This document shows, piece after piece, positions 18,694 through 28,948 of a DNA stretch of 64,000 nt; within the stretch, counting starts at the first letter, position 1, and each line of letters begins with the position of its first letter. The position numbers and the translations under genes were made by a program. Source of the DNA: Candidatus Pacearchaeota archaeon (lineage in GTDB: Archaea > Nanobdellota > Nanobdellia > Pacearchaeales > GW2011-AR1); NCBI GenBank assembly GCA_038740375.1, contig JAVYLW010000003.1, positions 4,545 through 68,544 of the forward strand, in the 5' to 3' direction. The notes under the pieces were generated by a model, which searched no databases, was not told where the DNA came from, and saw nothing but the letters and a program-made list of their open reading frames with translations.

Positions 18694-20640
18694 ATGAAAA
18701 AAAAGTTAAAAAGAGGTATTAACAGAATAAGTAAAAAAAATAATATTCTAAAAAGTTTAATTATAACTGTATTTTTAGTAATTATTTTATTTATTATTTT
18801 TGTTTTTTTATTTAATATTTTTTATAAAAAAGAAAAATATCATTTAAAAGAAGAACTTCCAAGCTTAGGAATTTTTGGAGGCGGATCAGGAAGTATTGAA
18901 GATCCTTATATAATATCTAATTGTCAAGAACTTCAAGATATAAATAAAGATCCTTTTTCTAATTACATTTTAGTTAATAATATTGATTGTTCTGATACTA
19001 TTAACTGGAATAATGGTGCTGGATTTCAATCAATTGGAGAGTATTATTGGGATAATGTTGCTAAAAAATATGTGGATAGAAAATTTAATGGAACTCTTGA
19101 TGGCAATGGTTTTAATATAACAAATCTATATGGAGAAGGTATTTTTTCTTATCTAAAAGGTAAAATAAAAAATGTTCATTTAGTAAATATCAATGTTTCT
19201 GGAGGAGGCTCTTTAGTTAATGTAAATGAAGGGGTTATTGAGAATTGTAGCTCTATTGGAAATGTTTCTCAAGGAGGAAATTACGAATTTGGAACTATAT
19301 ATGCAGATTGTTTAGAATTAAATAATCTAATTCGTATTTCTTTTAGAGAAGGTACTGGAGGGCTTGTTGGTTTTAATATAGGAAATATATCTAATTCTTA
19401 TTTTTATGGAGTAGTTAAAGGGTTTATTCAGGTAGGAGGATTAGTAGGAGTTAATAATGGAAATATTATTAATTCTTATTCTAATGTAGATATTTATGGA
19501 GATTATAATGCTGGCGGTTTAGCTGGACTTAGTGTTGCACGTAACAAATGGAAAGATGGAATTTATAATTCTTTTTCAGTTGGAAACATTTATGGAAGTT
19601 TTTCTTCAGGAGGATTAGTAGGAGTTAGTAATTCAATAGTTATTAATAATTCTTTTTTTAGCGGAAATGTTTGGGGAGATTTTAATTCTGGAGGAATAGT
19701 AGGGTATAGAGGAGATAGTTGTTATTCTTTTATTTATAATTCTTTTTATTATAACGAGACAGGAGATGTAAATTGGTGTTGGAGTAATTCAAGTGGAAGT
19801 TTTAATGACGGATGCACAATTGTTAATGATAAAAATTATTTTTATAATTTTGAAAATGAACCTATGATTTATTGGAATTTTGTTGAAGACTGGAGTAAAG
19901 ATAATATTCATGAAGGATATCCTAAATTAAAATGGGAAAATTCTTTTTTAGTTTATTGTGGGGATAATATATGTAATAATATGGAGAATTGTTTAACATG
20001 TTCACAAGATTGCGGTTCTTGTAGAAAAGAGGAGGATAATAAGATAAGTAATGAATTTTCTTCAGTAGGTGATAGTAAAAAAGAATATTGGATTAAATCT
20101 ATTTATATAAATGATAGTCAATTAAAAGAAGGTTTTGAGAATGAATTATTAACAAGACATAGAATTGTTTTTAAAATATCTAACAAAACTTATTTTATAG
20201 GAGTTACAGATATATTCTTTAATTATGCTAAAATAAATCTTTCTTTGAATAGAATGTTGACTTATTATTTTTTTATAGGTGATGATAAAAAATTTGATAT
20301 TGATAATAATCAATTATATGTAAAAATGAATTATTTAGATAAGTCAAAAGTTAAAATTTTTGTTAAATATACTCCTAAATCTAATAATCAAGATTCAGAT
20401 AAAATAAACGAGAGTGAGACAATTAAAAATGAGTCTAAACAACAATCTGTTGAAGTTCCTTATGAATCAGAAGAAGAAACTCCTTGGATTTTATATATTG
20501 CTGTTTTAGTTCTAATAATTCTTGTTATAGGTATAATTTTTGAAGTCTATTTATTTTTAAATGCAAAAAGAAAAATAAAGGAGTTTAGAAAAAGGGCGAT
20601 ATCTATTTATAAATATAAAAATAAGAATAAGAATATATAA
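18694..20640 (+). CDS. GLUG-repeat (beta-helix type) surface protein with Cys-knot module and C-terminal anchor
   Basis: 648 aa with an N-terminal TM. GGGSGSIEDPYIISNCQELQDIN...NIDCSDT..W...GFQSIG is followed by repeated GGLVG.NNG.I.NSY (GLUG) units, then YCGDNICNNMENCLTCSQDCGSC and a C-terminal TM. Paralog of 43177-44871. Confidence 0.8.
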   Translation: MKKKLKRGINRISKKNNILKSLIITVFLVIILFIIFVFLFNIFYKKEKYHLKEELPSLGIFGGGSGSIEDPYIISNCQELQDINKDPFSNYILVNNIDCSDTINWNNGAGFQSIGEYYWDNVAKKYVDRKFNGTLDGNGFNITNLYGEGIFSYLKGKIKNVHLVNINVSGGGSLVNVNEGVIENCSSIGNVSQGGNYEFGTIYADCLELNNLIRISFREGTGGLVGFNIGNISNSYFYGVVKGFIQVGGLVGVNNGNIINSYSNVDIYGDYNAGGLAGLSVARNKWKDGIYNSFSVGNIYGSFSSGGLVGVSNSIVINNSFFSGNVWGDFNSGGIVGYRGDSCYSFIYNSFYYNETGDVNWCWSNSSGSFNDGCTIVNDKNYFYNFENEPMIYWNFVEDWSKDNIHEGYPKLKWENSFLVYCGDNICNNMENCLTCSQDCGSCRKEEDNKISNEFSSVGDSKKEYWIKSIYINDSQLKEGFENELLTRHRIVFKISNKTYFIGVTDIFFNYAKINLSLNRMLTYYFFIGDDKKFDIDNNQLYVKMNYLDKSKVKIFVKYTPKSNNQDSDKINESETIKNESKQQSVEVPYESEEETPWILYIAVLVLIILVIGIIFEVYLFLNAKRKIKEFRKRAISIYKYKNKNKNI

Positions 20641-20853
20641 GACAAAAATAATTTATTTTTTCTATTTTAAAAAAGTAAGATTTATTTTATTACATAATTT
20701 ACTTTTATTAAAATTTTATGTTTAGTTTTATGAATTTATTAGTATTTTTTAGTCAAACTGAATAAGGTTATATTTATAGGGTATATTTATAAATATAAAA
20801 TTATATAAAGAAAGTTTTATTAATTCTTTTTTCTATTTTTGATTATTAAAAAA

Positions 20854-20858
20854 GGTGA
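20854..20858 (+). promoter_or_regulatory. Shine-Dalgarno-like GGTGA upstream of the platform-protein gene
   Basis: aaaGGTGAatgATGgatg. ATG codons at 20859 and 20862; the second has the better spacing. Confidence 0.4.
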
Positions 20859-23039
20859 ATGATGGATGTAGATGAAATTTTGAAAAAATATTCAAAAAAA
20901 ATTGAAAGTCAAATCAATAGAAGTAATTTTAATTTAAACTCTACAGATTCTTCGGATGTTTCTATTTCTAGAGATTATGAGCAATTCAAAAAAGATATGA
21001 TTCCTGCATTGTCTAGGTATGAGAGATTAGCTAGAGGTCTTGGAAGTATAATTAGAATTAAGCCATCTGTGAAAGACGAGGTAAGAATTCAAAAAGAATT
21101 AAATACAGCTCATCTTGATATAACTCCTGGAGAAGTTATTGGACTTGCATTTATGAGTTTTTTTATTTTTTTATTGACAGGATTTTTAATTTCTGTTTCA
21201 ATATGGTTTTTTACTGAACAAATTCCATTTTTATTCTTTTTTTTAATGTTGATAATTTCTTTATTTTTATATTATTATTTTTCTACTATGCCTTCTAGAC
21301 TTGCTATAAAGTGGAAACTAAAGGCTAGCAGCCAAATGGTTCCTGCAATTTTATATACAGTAATTTACATGAAACATACAAGTAATTTAGAAAGAGCTAT
21401 AAACTTTGTAAGCAAACATATTGATCCGCCATTATCACTAGATTTAAAAAAGGTTTTATGGGATGTTGAAACTGGAAAATTTTCTAATGTGAAGGATAGC
21501 TTAGACTCTTATTTAGATTTTTGGAGAGAAACAAATATGGAGTTTGTTGAAAGTTTTCATTTAATTGAATCTAGTTTATATGAACCTAATGAAACAAGAA
21601 GAGTTGAGATATTAGAAAGAGCATTAAGAGTTATTTTAGACGGAGTTTATGAAAAAATGCTTAAATATACTCATACAATAAAATCTCCTCTTACAAATGT
21701 TTATATGCTTGGAATTGTTTTGCCTACACTTGCTCTTGCTTTACTACCTCTTGCTTCAACATTATTACAAGGTATGATACAGGCAGTTCATGTGTTTGTT
21801 TTGTTTAATCTTGTAATACCTTTTTTAGTATTTTATCTTACAACTCAGGTAACTTTAAAAAGACCTGGAGGATATGGAGAAACAAGTTTTTTGGAAAAAA
21901 ATCCTTTATATTATCAATATCAATCCAAAAAACCTTATTATATTGCAGCACTAATATGCATTCCTATGTTTATAATAGGAATTTTGCCTTTGATTTTTGG
22001 TTATACAAATATACCTGAATTTATAGGAATTCCTAGAGATTTTTCTTTAGTAGATATAGGTCTTGGAATTTTAGGAAATGGAAATTTTTTTGGATTTGAA
22101 GAAACCGAGACAGGATATTTTGGACCTTTTGGTTTTGGTTCAATTATTTTATCTTTATTTATTCCTTTTTCAATAGCTATGTTTTTTGCTATTTCCTTTA
22201 ATTTAAGAACAAAAAATTTAATTAAGGAAAGAGATTCTACTAAAGCTTTAGAAGAAGAATTTAATTCTAGTTTATTTACTTTAGGAAATAGAATTGGTGA
22301 TGGAATACCTGCTGAGATTGCTTTTGCAAAAGTTGCCGATTCTGTTAGGGGACAAAAGACTGAAAATTTCTTTAAAATTGTTAATTCTAACATTCAATCA
22401 ATGGGAATGAGTTTGGAAGAAGCTATATTTAATTCAAAAAGAGGAGCTATTATATATTTTCCAAGCAGCCTTATAGCTACAAGTATGAGAATATTAATTG
22501 AAAGTTCTAAAAAAGGATTGCAAGTTGCTGCACAAAGTTTAATGAGTATTTCAGAATATGTTAGAAATATTCATAAAATTAATGATAGATTAAAAGATCT
22601 TTTAGCTGATGTAGTCTCTGATATGAAAAGTAATATGACTTTTTTAGCTCCGCTACTTGCTGGAATAGTAATAGGTCTTGCATCTATGATAACTCTTATA
22701 ATCAGTCAATTAAAAAGTTTTTTAGGCACAGTTATTGATATAGAAAGTAGTGGAATTGGAGCAAATATACTTAATATCATAACTCTTTTTAGATTAGAGT
22801 CTATTATTCCTCCTTATTATTTACAAATTGCTATAGGAATCTACATCATAGAAATAATTTTTATATTAACAATAACTTTAGTTATTATAGATTCTGGAGA
22901 AGATAAACTAAAACAAACTTATGATATATCAAAAAACTTAATTGCAGGTGGTTTTTTATATTTATTTACTTCATTACTTTCAATAATTTTATTGTCAATA
23001 CTTGCAGGAATTGCTCTTGCTGGTATCAGTGCAGGATAG
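20859..23039 (+). CDS. FlaJ/TadC/PilC-like polytopic membrane platform protein (assignment by architecture and context)
   Basis: 726 aa. Soluble helical regions alternate with clusters of TM helices, as in T2SS-F-type platform proteins. The gene lies between the secretion ATPase and the pilin-like gene array. Confidence 0.6.
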   Translation: MMDVDEILKKYSKKIESQINRSNFNLNSTDSSDVSISRDYEQFKKDMIPALSRYERLARGLGSIIRIKPSVKDEVRIQKELNTAHLDITPGEVIGLAFMSFFIFLLTGFLISVSIWFFTEQIPFLFFFLMLIISLFLYYYFSTMPSRLAIKWKLKASSQMVPAILYTVIYMKHTSNLERAINFVSKHIDPPLSLDLKKVLWDVETGKFSNVKDSLDSYLDFWRETNMEFVESFHLIESSLYEPNETRRVEILERALRVILDGVYEKMLKYTHTIKSPLTNVYMLGIVLPTLALALLPLASTLLQGMIQAVHVFVLFNLVIPFLVFYLTTQVTLKRPGGYGETSFLEKNPLYYQYQSKKPYYIAALICIPMFIIGILPLIFGYTNIPEFIGIPRDFSLVDIGLGILGNGNFFGFEETETGYFGPFGFGSIILSLFIPFSIAMFFAISFNLRTKNLIKERDSTKALEEEFNSSLFTLGNRIGDGIPAEIAFAKVADSVRGQKTENFFKIVNSNIQSMGMSLEEAIFNSKRGAIIYFPSSLIATSMRILIESSKKGLQVAAQSLMSISEYVRNIHKINDRLKDLLADVVSDMKSNMTFLAPLLAGIVIGLASMITLIISQLKSFLGTVIDIESSGIGANILNIITLFRLESIIPPYYLQIAIGIYIIEIIFILTITLVIIDSGEDKLKQTYDISKNLIAGGFLYLFTSLLSIILLSILAGIALAGISAG

Positions 23040-23270
23040 ATTTTTAAAGTTATATTTAAAAAATTTATTATTTTTTTTATTTTAATATTTATTTAAAAAA
23101 TTTTTTTAATATAACAAATTAAGAAAATAGAAAGTTTGAAAAATTGCTAATTTATTTTAATGTTTAATTATTAAATTCAGAACGAAATTTGTATAGAAAT
23201 ATAAAATTGAAACTAGTATAATTAAAATATTAAGGATAATATATAAATAATATAGAATAATTAATTAAAT

Positions 23271-23450
23271 ATGCAATTAAGATTATTTAAAAAAAGAAGT
23301 GAGAAAAAAGGAATTGAATTAGATATGCTTGGTTGGTTTATTATAGCACTAATTATTTTAATTATTTTAATTATTTTAATTGCTATATGGAAGGAAAAAA
23401 TGTTTAATGGAATAAAATTTATTATCAATTTATTTAGGTTTAGAAGTTAA
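23271..23450 (+). CDS. Mini pilin-like protein (59 aa) with class III signal peptide; not in the ORF track
   Basis: Encodes MQLRLFKKRSEKKG/IELDMLGWFIIALIILIILIILIAIW... : a basic stretch, Gly, a short polar stretch with Glu, then a hydrophobic helix. The layout is Flp/archaeal-pilin-like. It is 1 aa below the track cutoff. Confidence 0.55.
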   Translation: MQLRLFKKRSEKKGIELDMLGWFIIALIILIILIILIAIWKEKMFNGIKFIINLFRFRS

Positions 23451-23464
23451 ATTTAATATTTAAA

Positions 23465-24841
23465 ATGGATAAAAATAAAAAGAGGATGAAAAAATATGGA
23501 AAAGTTAGTCTTCCTATAAATTATTTAGTATTATTGATAATTCTCGTTATAGTTATATTTTTAGTAGTATTTTTTGTATTTAGATTAGGATGGATTCAAG
23601 AGTGGAAAATATTTTTGCCAGATTGGATTGTTGGTAATCAATCTTATTATGGTGAAAGAGGATGTCCTTCTGGAAGTTTTGAGGTAGCTTATTTAGATTC
23701 AAGAAATTATATTATTTTAAATGGAAGCAGAACAAATATATATATTTTAGGAAACAAGATTTATTTAGATGATGGAAGTTCTTTTAAAAAAGATAATCAA
23801 ATAGGATTTATTCATGGAAAAGAAAAGGGATATTTGATTGTTATAACTCTTGCAGGATTTAATCCTGATGATAGATACTCTTATAATACAAATTCTCTTC
23901 TTCCAAATTCTAAAGATGAGAGAAGATTATTATTTTATAATCCTTTTTTAGAAGGTTCTTCTATTTGTTTAAGTAGTGAAATGATGAATTATATAAACTC
24001 TATTATGAGTTGCAAATTAACTTGCGAACTTGTTGAAGGTGTCTGTAGATCTAATTGTCTTGCTGGAGAGGTTTATAATGGACAAATAGATTGTCCGAAT
24101 GGACAATATTGTTGTGTAAAAGAAACAGCTGAATTTTTATCTTCTGAAAATATAACACTTTTATCAAAGTCTTATTTTGAAAATGTTTTTTTTAGTAAAA
24201 CTCAAGTGCAAAAAGATATATTAAATAATAATATTTTTAAAGGAATTCCTGGAACTAGATATGCTCTTGCAATGTTTGTTAAGAGAAATGTTCCAATATG
24301 TTATAGTTTTGATAGTAATACTAAATATATAGAAAGTGGTTTTAGAAATTCTGATGATAATGAAGAAACTTGTTTTATTGCTCCAAAGCCTTTCACTTAT
24401 TCAAATGAAAAATTTATAGAGTTTGTTGCTTGGAATAAAGATTTAAATCAAAAAGTAATAAAAAGATGGAAATTGATTCCTGTAGATGTAACAGAAATTG
24501 GTTTTGATCCTGGAAAAATAATTATAGATAGTTCTGATTTTCGTGAAAAAATGAAAAATGCAGATGAAGGAGATAGATTTTATGTTTTTTTAGAAGAAAG
24601 AAATGATTGGGAAAAAAGTACTAATTTAGGATTGAGTAGTGAACTCAGATACACATTTGTATATAAAATTGAAAAAAAAGGAGATAGGATATGTATTTAT
24701 GCATGGGATGAAAAAATTGTTGGAGAAAGTTCTGGATGGCATTTATTAGATTGTGCTGGGTTAGGTAGAGATTGTATATTAATATCTGATATTGAAAATA
24801 GTTTTAAGGAAACTTTAGATAATAAATGTTCTTGGAATTAA
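23465..24841 (+). CDS. Pilin-like protein (458 aa) with Cys-rich module
   Basis: N-terminus MKKYG/KVSLPINYLVLLIILVIVIFLVVFFVF. Module CKLTCELVEGVCRSNCLAGEVYNGQIDCPNGQYCCV. Confidence 0.7.
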   Translation: MDKNKKRMKKYGKVSLPINYLVLLIILVIVIFLVVFFVFRLGWIQEWKIFLPDWIVGNQSYYGERGCPSGSFEVAYLDSRNYIILNGSRTNIYILGNKIYLDDGSSFKKDNQIGFIHGKEKGYLIVITLAGFNPDDRYSYNTNSLLPNSKDERRLLFYNPFLEGSSICLSSEMMNYINSIMSCKLTCELVEGVCRSNCLAGEVYNGQIDCPNGQYCCVKETAEFLSSENITLLSKSYFENVFFSKTQVQKDILNNNIFKGIPGTRYALAMFVKRNVPICYSFDSNTKYIESGFRNSDDNEETCFIAPKPFTYSNEKFIEFVAWNKDLNQKVIKRWKLIPVDVTEIGFDPGKIIIDSSDFREKMKNADEGDRFYVFLEERNDWEKSTNLGLSSELRYTFVYKIEKKGDRICIYAWDEKIVGESSGWHLLDCAGLGRDCILISDIENSFKETLDNKCSWN

Positions 24842-24857
24842 TATAAAAATAACAAAA

Positions 24858-25484
24858 ATGAGAAAAAAAATTAAAAAACAAGATTTTACAAAAAGAAATA
24901 AAAAATTTGAAAATAACAAAAGAGCAGAGACTGAGCCATTAGGTTCAAATGTTGTCAACTTTGTAATTGGATTAATTGCATTAATAATTTTAATTGGAGT
25001 AGGTGTTATGGTTTATAAATTAATTTCTGTTAATTCAAGTGATGTTAAGACTGCAGAGGTGGTTGTTGAAAAAATAAGAAATATAATGGAAGAAGCTAAA
25101 AGAAATCCTGGGCAGGATTTTTTTTATGATGTTGAAGGTCCTGGAAATAAATGGTGGTGGATAATTGCTTGGCCTTATCAAAATAGAATAGAAAAACCTA
25201 TTAAATGTAATTTATACAGAAAATCTTGGTGTATATGTATTTGTGAAAGACCTTCTAACTTAAGAGTAGCTTGGAATTTGATTACTAGTAATTTAATGAT
25301 AAGAAGCATAACTACTTCATTACAAAAATGTAATAATAATGGAAGATGTTTAGAAGTAGAAAATCCTGTCAAAACAATTAATCAAGGCTATAATATGCCT
25401 ATTCCAATAGAATCTCCTCCAATTCAAATAAGTATAAAATATATTGATTCAGATAAAGGTTATGAAATAACTTTTGTAAAATAA
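24858..25484 (+). CDS. Pilin-like protein (208 aa)
   Basis: NNKRA/ETEPLGSNVVNFVIGLIALIILIGVGVMVY is class III-like. The globular part is Trp- and Cys-containing. Confidence 0.65.
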   Translation: MRKKIKKQDFTKRNKKFENNKRAETEPLGSNVVNFVIGLIALIILIGVGVMVYKLISVNSSDVKTAEVVVEKIRNIMEEAKRNPGQDFFYDVEGPGNKWWWIIAWPYQNRIEKPIKCNLYRKSWCICICERPSNLRVAWNLITSNLMIRSITTSLQKCNNNGRCLEVENPVKTINQGYNMPIPIESPPIQISIKYIDSDKGYEITFVK

Positions 25485-25511
25485 CTTTGTAAAATTGTTT
25501 ATATAAATAAA

Positions 25512-25631
25512 ATGAATAAAAATAATAAAGCTTTAATTGAAGAATTAGTTAAATATTTAATTTGGATATTTTTAGCTATTATATTAATACTTGCAGTTTA
25601 TTTCATAGGAAAAAATTTAAAATTGTTTTAA
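25512..25631 (+). CDS. Mini pilin-like peptide (39 aa); not in the ORF track
   Basis: Encodes MNKNNKA/LIEELVKYLIWIFLAIILILAVYFIGKNLKLF. It sits between two pilin-like genes with 27-nt and 7-nt gaps. Confidence 0.4.
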   Translation: MNKNNKALIEELVKYLIWIFLAIILILAVYFIGKNLKLF

Positions 25632-25638
25632 TAAAAAA

Positions 25639-26616
25639 ATGAAAAATAAAATAAATAAAAAAAGAGGTTCTATATTGCCAGATACTTCTGTAAAAATAAT
25701 AATTCTTGTAATAAGTTTTGTCATTTTATTATTAGCTATAGGTTATTTTGTTTATACTGATATTATAAAAAATTCAGGCTGTAAGGATTCTATTATTATT
25801 AGAAACAGCATTAATCTTGGTTTTTTGCCTGTAGATAATATTGTTCCTTTGAACTGTGTAACAAATAAAATTTGTTTAACTCAATCTGGAGAAAACTGCA
25901 AAAGATTTGGGAAACCTGATAAGAAACAATCTATTTTTAATAAAAAACTTGATAAAGATCCTGAAAAAGCAAAAAAACAAGTTATCGAAAAAATTGTTGA
26001 AGAAATGTTAACATGCCAAACTTTATTTACTAATGATAAAGGAGAACCCTATTATTTTATGCCTGCAAAGTGGTTTGATTTTAATAATAAATATTGTCTA
26101 ATTTGTTCTAGAATTGTTTTAGATGATGAAGCAAGAAAAAATATTAATGGAATTACTTATGGAGAATTATATCAAAAATTAGCAGAGAAAAAAATTCCTA
26201 ATGGAAGAAGTTATCTTGATTTTTTATATTCTGGATGGCAAGATTGGAGAAGAGCTCAAGACTTATACAGAGTTTTTAAAGATAAATATCCTGATAAAAT
26301 GCCTGATAAATTTGAGGATTGGAAAATTGATCTTTCTAAGGAAGATGGTATTGTGATTGTTGTTCAAATGACAACAAAAGGTTATTTAAACCAAATTTTA
26401 GCAAGTGGAGCTGTTTTACTTGGTAGTGCTTTGGTTTTGACATATATTGGAGCTCCAGTAGGTATAGCTTTAATAGGAGTAGGTACTAGCGCAGGAGTTA
26501 CTTTTTGGTATACTGCTCCTGATGAAAGATATCTATATTCACCTCCTGCAATATATGGAGGGGATATAGATACACTAAAAAGTTTAGAGTGCGATTCTTT
26601 TGAATTTTCTCCTTAA
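25639..26616 (+). CDS. Pilin-like protein (325 aa) with an additional C-terminal hydrophobic hairpin
   Basis: NKKRG/SILPDTSVKIIILVISFVILLLAIGYF at the N-terminus. ILASGAVLLGSALVLTYIGAPVGIALIGVGTSAGVTFWY near the C-terminus. Confidence 0.7.
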   Translation: MKNKINKKRGSILPDTSVKIIILVISFVILLLAIGYFVYTDIIKNSGCKDSIIIRNSINLGFLPVDNIVPLNCVTNKICLTQSGENCKRFGKPDKKQSIFNKKLDKDPEKAKKQVIEKIVEEMLTCQTLFTNDKGEPYYFMPAKWFDFNNKYCLICSRIVLDDEARKNINGITYGELYQKLAEKKIPNGRSYLDFLYSGWQDWRRAQDLYRVFKDKYPDKMPDKFEDWKIDLSKEDGIVIVVQMTTKGYLNQILASGAVLLGSALVLTYIGAPVGIALIGVGTSAGVTFWYTAPDERYLYSPPAIYGGDIDTLKSLECDSFEFSP

Positions 26617-26828
26617 TTATTTTTCATTATAATTTTTTAATTTTTATAATAAAAAATGTATTCATTTTTAATATTATTTTGTTAATTTCATTTGTATTAT
26701 TTAAACTTAAAATAAAATAGATTTTTTTTTAAATTGTTTAACAATTTTCGATTTTAAAAATTTTAAATTTTTTTCTAAATTAAATTTTAGAGAGATAAAT
26801 TTTTAATGTTAAATAACTTTGTCTATTA

Positions 26829-27293
26829 ATGAAAATAGAAAAGAGAAAAATGAATAAAATTGCTAGCGAAGTTTTATTGGGAGCGATCATCTTTTTGGTC
26901 GTTATTATTTTATTTGGTTCAATCTTAATTCTTTTTATATACAGGTTTGGTAAAACAGCTTCTATGTTTGAACAACTTTATTCAAAACAAATTGCTTTAA
27001 TGATAGACTATTCATTAACAGGCACTAATTTTAGTTTAGATATTTCAAAATTATATGAAGTTGCAAGAGAGAATAATTATAATGGTGAGTTAATTAAAAT
27101 AGATAATAATAACCATAATGTTTTTGTTAAATTAACTTCTGGAAAAGGTTATAGATATAAATATTTTAGCGATGCTGATGTTTTATGGAATATTAAACCT
27201 GAAGAAAAGAGATTGTATGTTACTATTTTGTCTAAAAATAAAGAAAATGTTATAAGAAATATTGAGCTATCTCAATATTTTGATGATATATGA
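26829..27293 (+). CDS. Pilin-like protein (154 aa)
   Basis: MNKIA/SEVLLGAIIFLVVIILFGSILILFIY. Confidence 0.65.
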   Translation: MKIEKRKMNKIASEVLLGAIIFLVVIILFGSILILFIYRFGKTASMFEQLYSKQIALMIDYSLTGTNFSLDISKLYEVARENNYNGELIKIDNNNHNVFVKLTSGKGYRYKYFSDADVLWNIKPEEKRLYVTILSKNKENVIRNIELSQYFDDI

Positions 27294-27327
27294 AAAAAAT
27301 TTTAGTTAATGATTAAGATTTTGGTTT

Positions 27328-27843
27328 ATGATAAAGATAATAAAAATTAATAAAATGAAGGCTAAAAAAATTTATAAGAATGCAAGTAGCAAAATACTTT
27401 CGTTTTGGTTAATCATCATTTTGTTTTTAATAGCTTTTGTTATTTCTATAGGAGTATTAGCTTTTTATTCTTCTGATATAGATGTTAGACAATTAGAGGC
27501 TAATTCAATGAATGATAAAATTATAATGTCTCTTTCTACAGGAGGTTATATAAATAATGAAGTTTTTAATAAAGACTCTAAAATTACTCAAATTGTTGAA
27601 ATATCTGATTTTGTCATAAGGGACAGCAAAGATTTTTATTTTAATGTTACAATATATAATTCTAATTATAGAGAATTAAGAAGTTTTGTTCTTGGAAATC
27701 CTGATTTTGAATTTCAGTGCAGGTTAAAAGGAAAGAAATATGCAAAATGTAGGGATAGTGAATTTATTTTGTTAAATAGAACAAATCCAGAAGAAAAATT
27801 CATAATTAAAGTTCTTACAGGATCAAATCAAAAAGGAGTTTAA
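27328..27843 (+). CDS. Pilin-like protein (171 aa)
   Basis: KIYKNA/SSKILSFWLIIILFLIAFVISIGVLAF. Confidence 0.65.
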   Translation: MIKIIKINKMKAKKIYKNASSKILSFWLIIILFLIAFVISIGVLAFYSSDIDVRQLEANSMNDKIIMSLSTGGYINNEVFNKDSKITQIVEISDFVIRDSKDFYFNVTIYNSNYRELRSFVLGNPDFEFQCRLKGKKYAKCRDSEFILLNRTNPEEKFIIKVLTGSNQKGV

Positions 27844-27848
27844 TAATT

Positions 27849-28415
27849 ATGAAAATTAAGAAAATCAAATTTAAAAAAGCAGTCATAGGAGATACTGTAA
27901 CATGGGTTGCAGCAATTATAATAATTGCAATCTTACTTTTTATTTATTTGTTAATAACTTTTTTTATGAGTGAGAAAAAATTTATTTTAAATAATTTTGA
28001 CATTAATTTAAAAGGAGAATATTATGGAGATGACTTTGCATTACTTGAAAGTATGTATTCTTTTTTAAATACACCTGTGGTATATGAAAATAAAAAGATG
28101 AGAATTCTTGATGCTTTGTTAAGTAAGAAAATTTCTGTCGATGATTACGAACTTTATAAAATAGTTAATGATACTATGAGTTTTTATTGTTCAGATTATT
28201 TTATATGGGTTCCTGATGTTCAATTTTTGCCGAAAGGTTTAGAGCCAAATTATTATGAAAAAGGAAGAATTTATTTTTTTAGAAGTAAAGATATTAATGA
28301 AAAAAATCCCTGGAATTATGGAGTTAATTATAGGCCTAATGAAGATGTTGAAGAAGTTTTTATAAGATACTCTACATTAAAAAGTTGCGTAGGTAGTAAA
28401 GATTTAACAAAATGA
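27849..28415 (+). CDS. Pilin-like protein (188 aa)
   Basis: KFKKA/VIGDTVTWVAAIIIIAILLFIYLLITFF. Starts 5 nt after the previous gene. Confidence 0.65.
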   Translation: MKIKKIKFKKAVIGDTVTWVAAIIIIAILLFIYLLITFFMSEKKFILNNFDINLKGEYYGDDFALLESMYSFLNTPVVYENKKMRILDALLSKKISVDDYELYKIVNDTMSFYCSDYFIWVPDVQFLPKGLEPNYYEKGRIYFFRSKDINEKNPWNYGVNYRPNEDVEEVFIRYSTLKSCVGSKDLTK

Positions 28416-28897
28416 TATTATTTAAAAAATATAATTATATCTGTAATAAAAAAGGTTTAATGTCAATTGCTACAGTATTATTAGTCTTATTAACTTTAGT
28501 TTTAATTGGAGTTGCTTTAGGAAATTTTGTTCTAAATGAAAGAAAACAAGCTTATTATTTTGAACTTCCTGTTCAAATTTATTATATGAATAATGAAGTT
28601 TTACGTTTAGATTTTTATTTGCAAGAACTTTTTGATAAGGCGCTAAAAGAAATGAAGCCTGACTTTAGTCCTCAGGATTTTATTAATAAATATATTGAAA
28701 ATATGGAAAACTATAAACCTCGTGAGATTAATATTTATAAAAGTCAAATATTAAGAGAACTAAACTTTGATAATATTTTTGTTGATAATGATAAAATAAC
28801 ATTTAAAATTAATATTTTGATTTCTAAAGAAAGCGAAGATAAAAATTTTAAAGTAAGTTACATTTATAGGAGGGAATTTGTAAAGAAACTTTCATAA
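28412..28897 (+). CDS. Pilin-like protein (161 aa)
   Basis: CNKKG/LMSIATVLLVLLTLVLIGVALGNF. ATGA start/stop overlap with the upstream gene. Confidence 0.65.
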   Translation: MILFKKYNYICNKKGLMSIATVLLVLLTLVLIGVALGNFVLNERKQAYYFELPVQIYYMNNEVLRLDFYLQELFDKALKEMKPDFSPQDFINKYIENMENYKPREINIYKSQILRELNFDNIFVDNDKITFKINILISKESEDKNFKVSYIYRREFVKKLS

Positions 28898-28936
28898 AAA
28901 GATTTTTAAATACTAAAGTTAATATTATTTTATTAA

Positions 28937-28943
28937 AAGAGGT
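28937..28943 (+). promoter_or_regulatory. Shine-Dalgarno-like AAGAGGT, 5 nt upstream of ATG 28949
   Basis: ttaaAAGAGGTaaaaaATG. Confidence 0.4.
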
Positions 28944-28948
28944 AAAAA

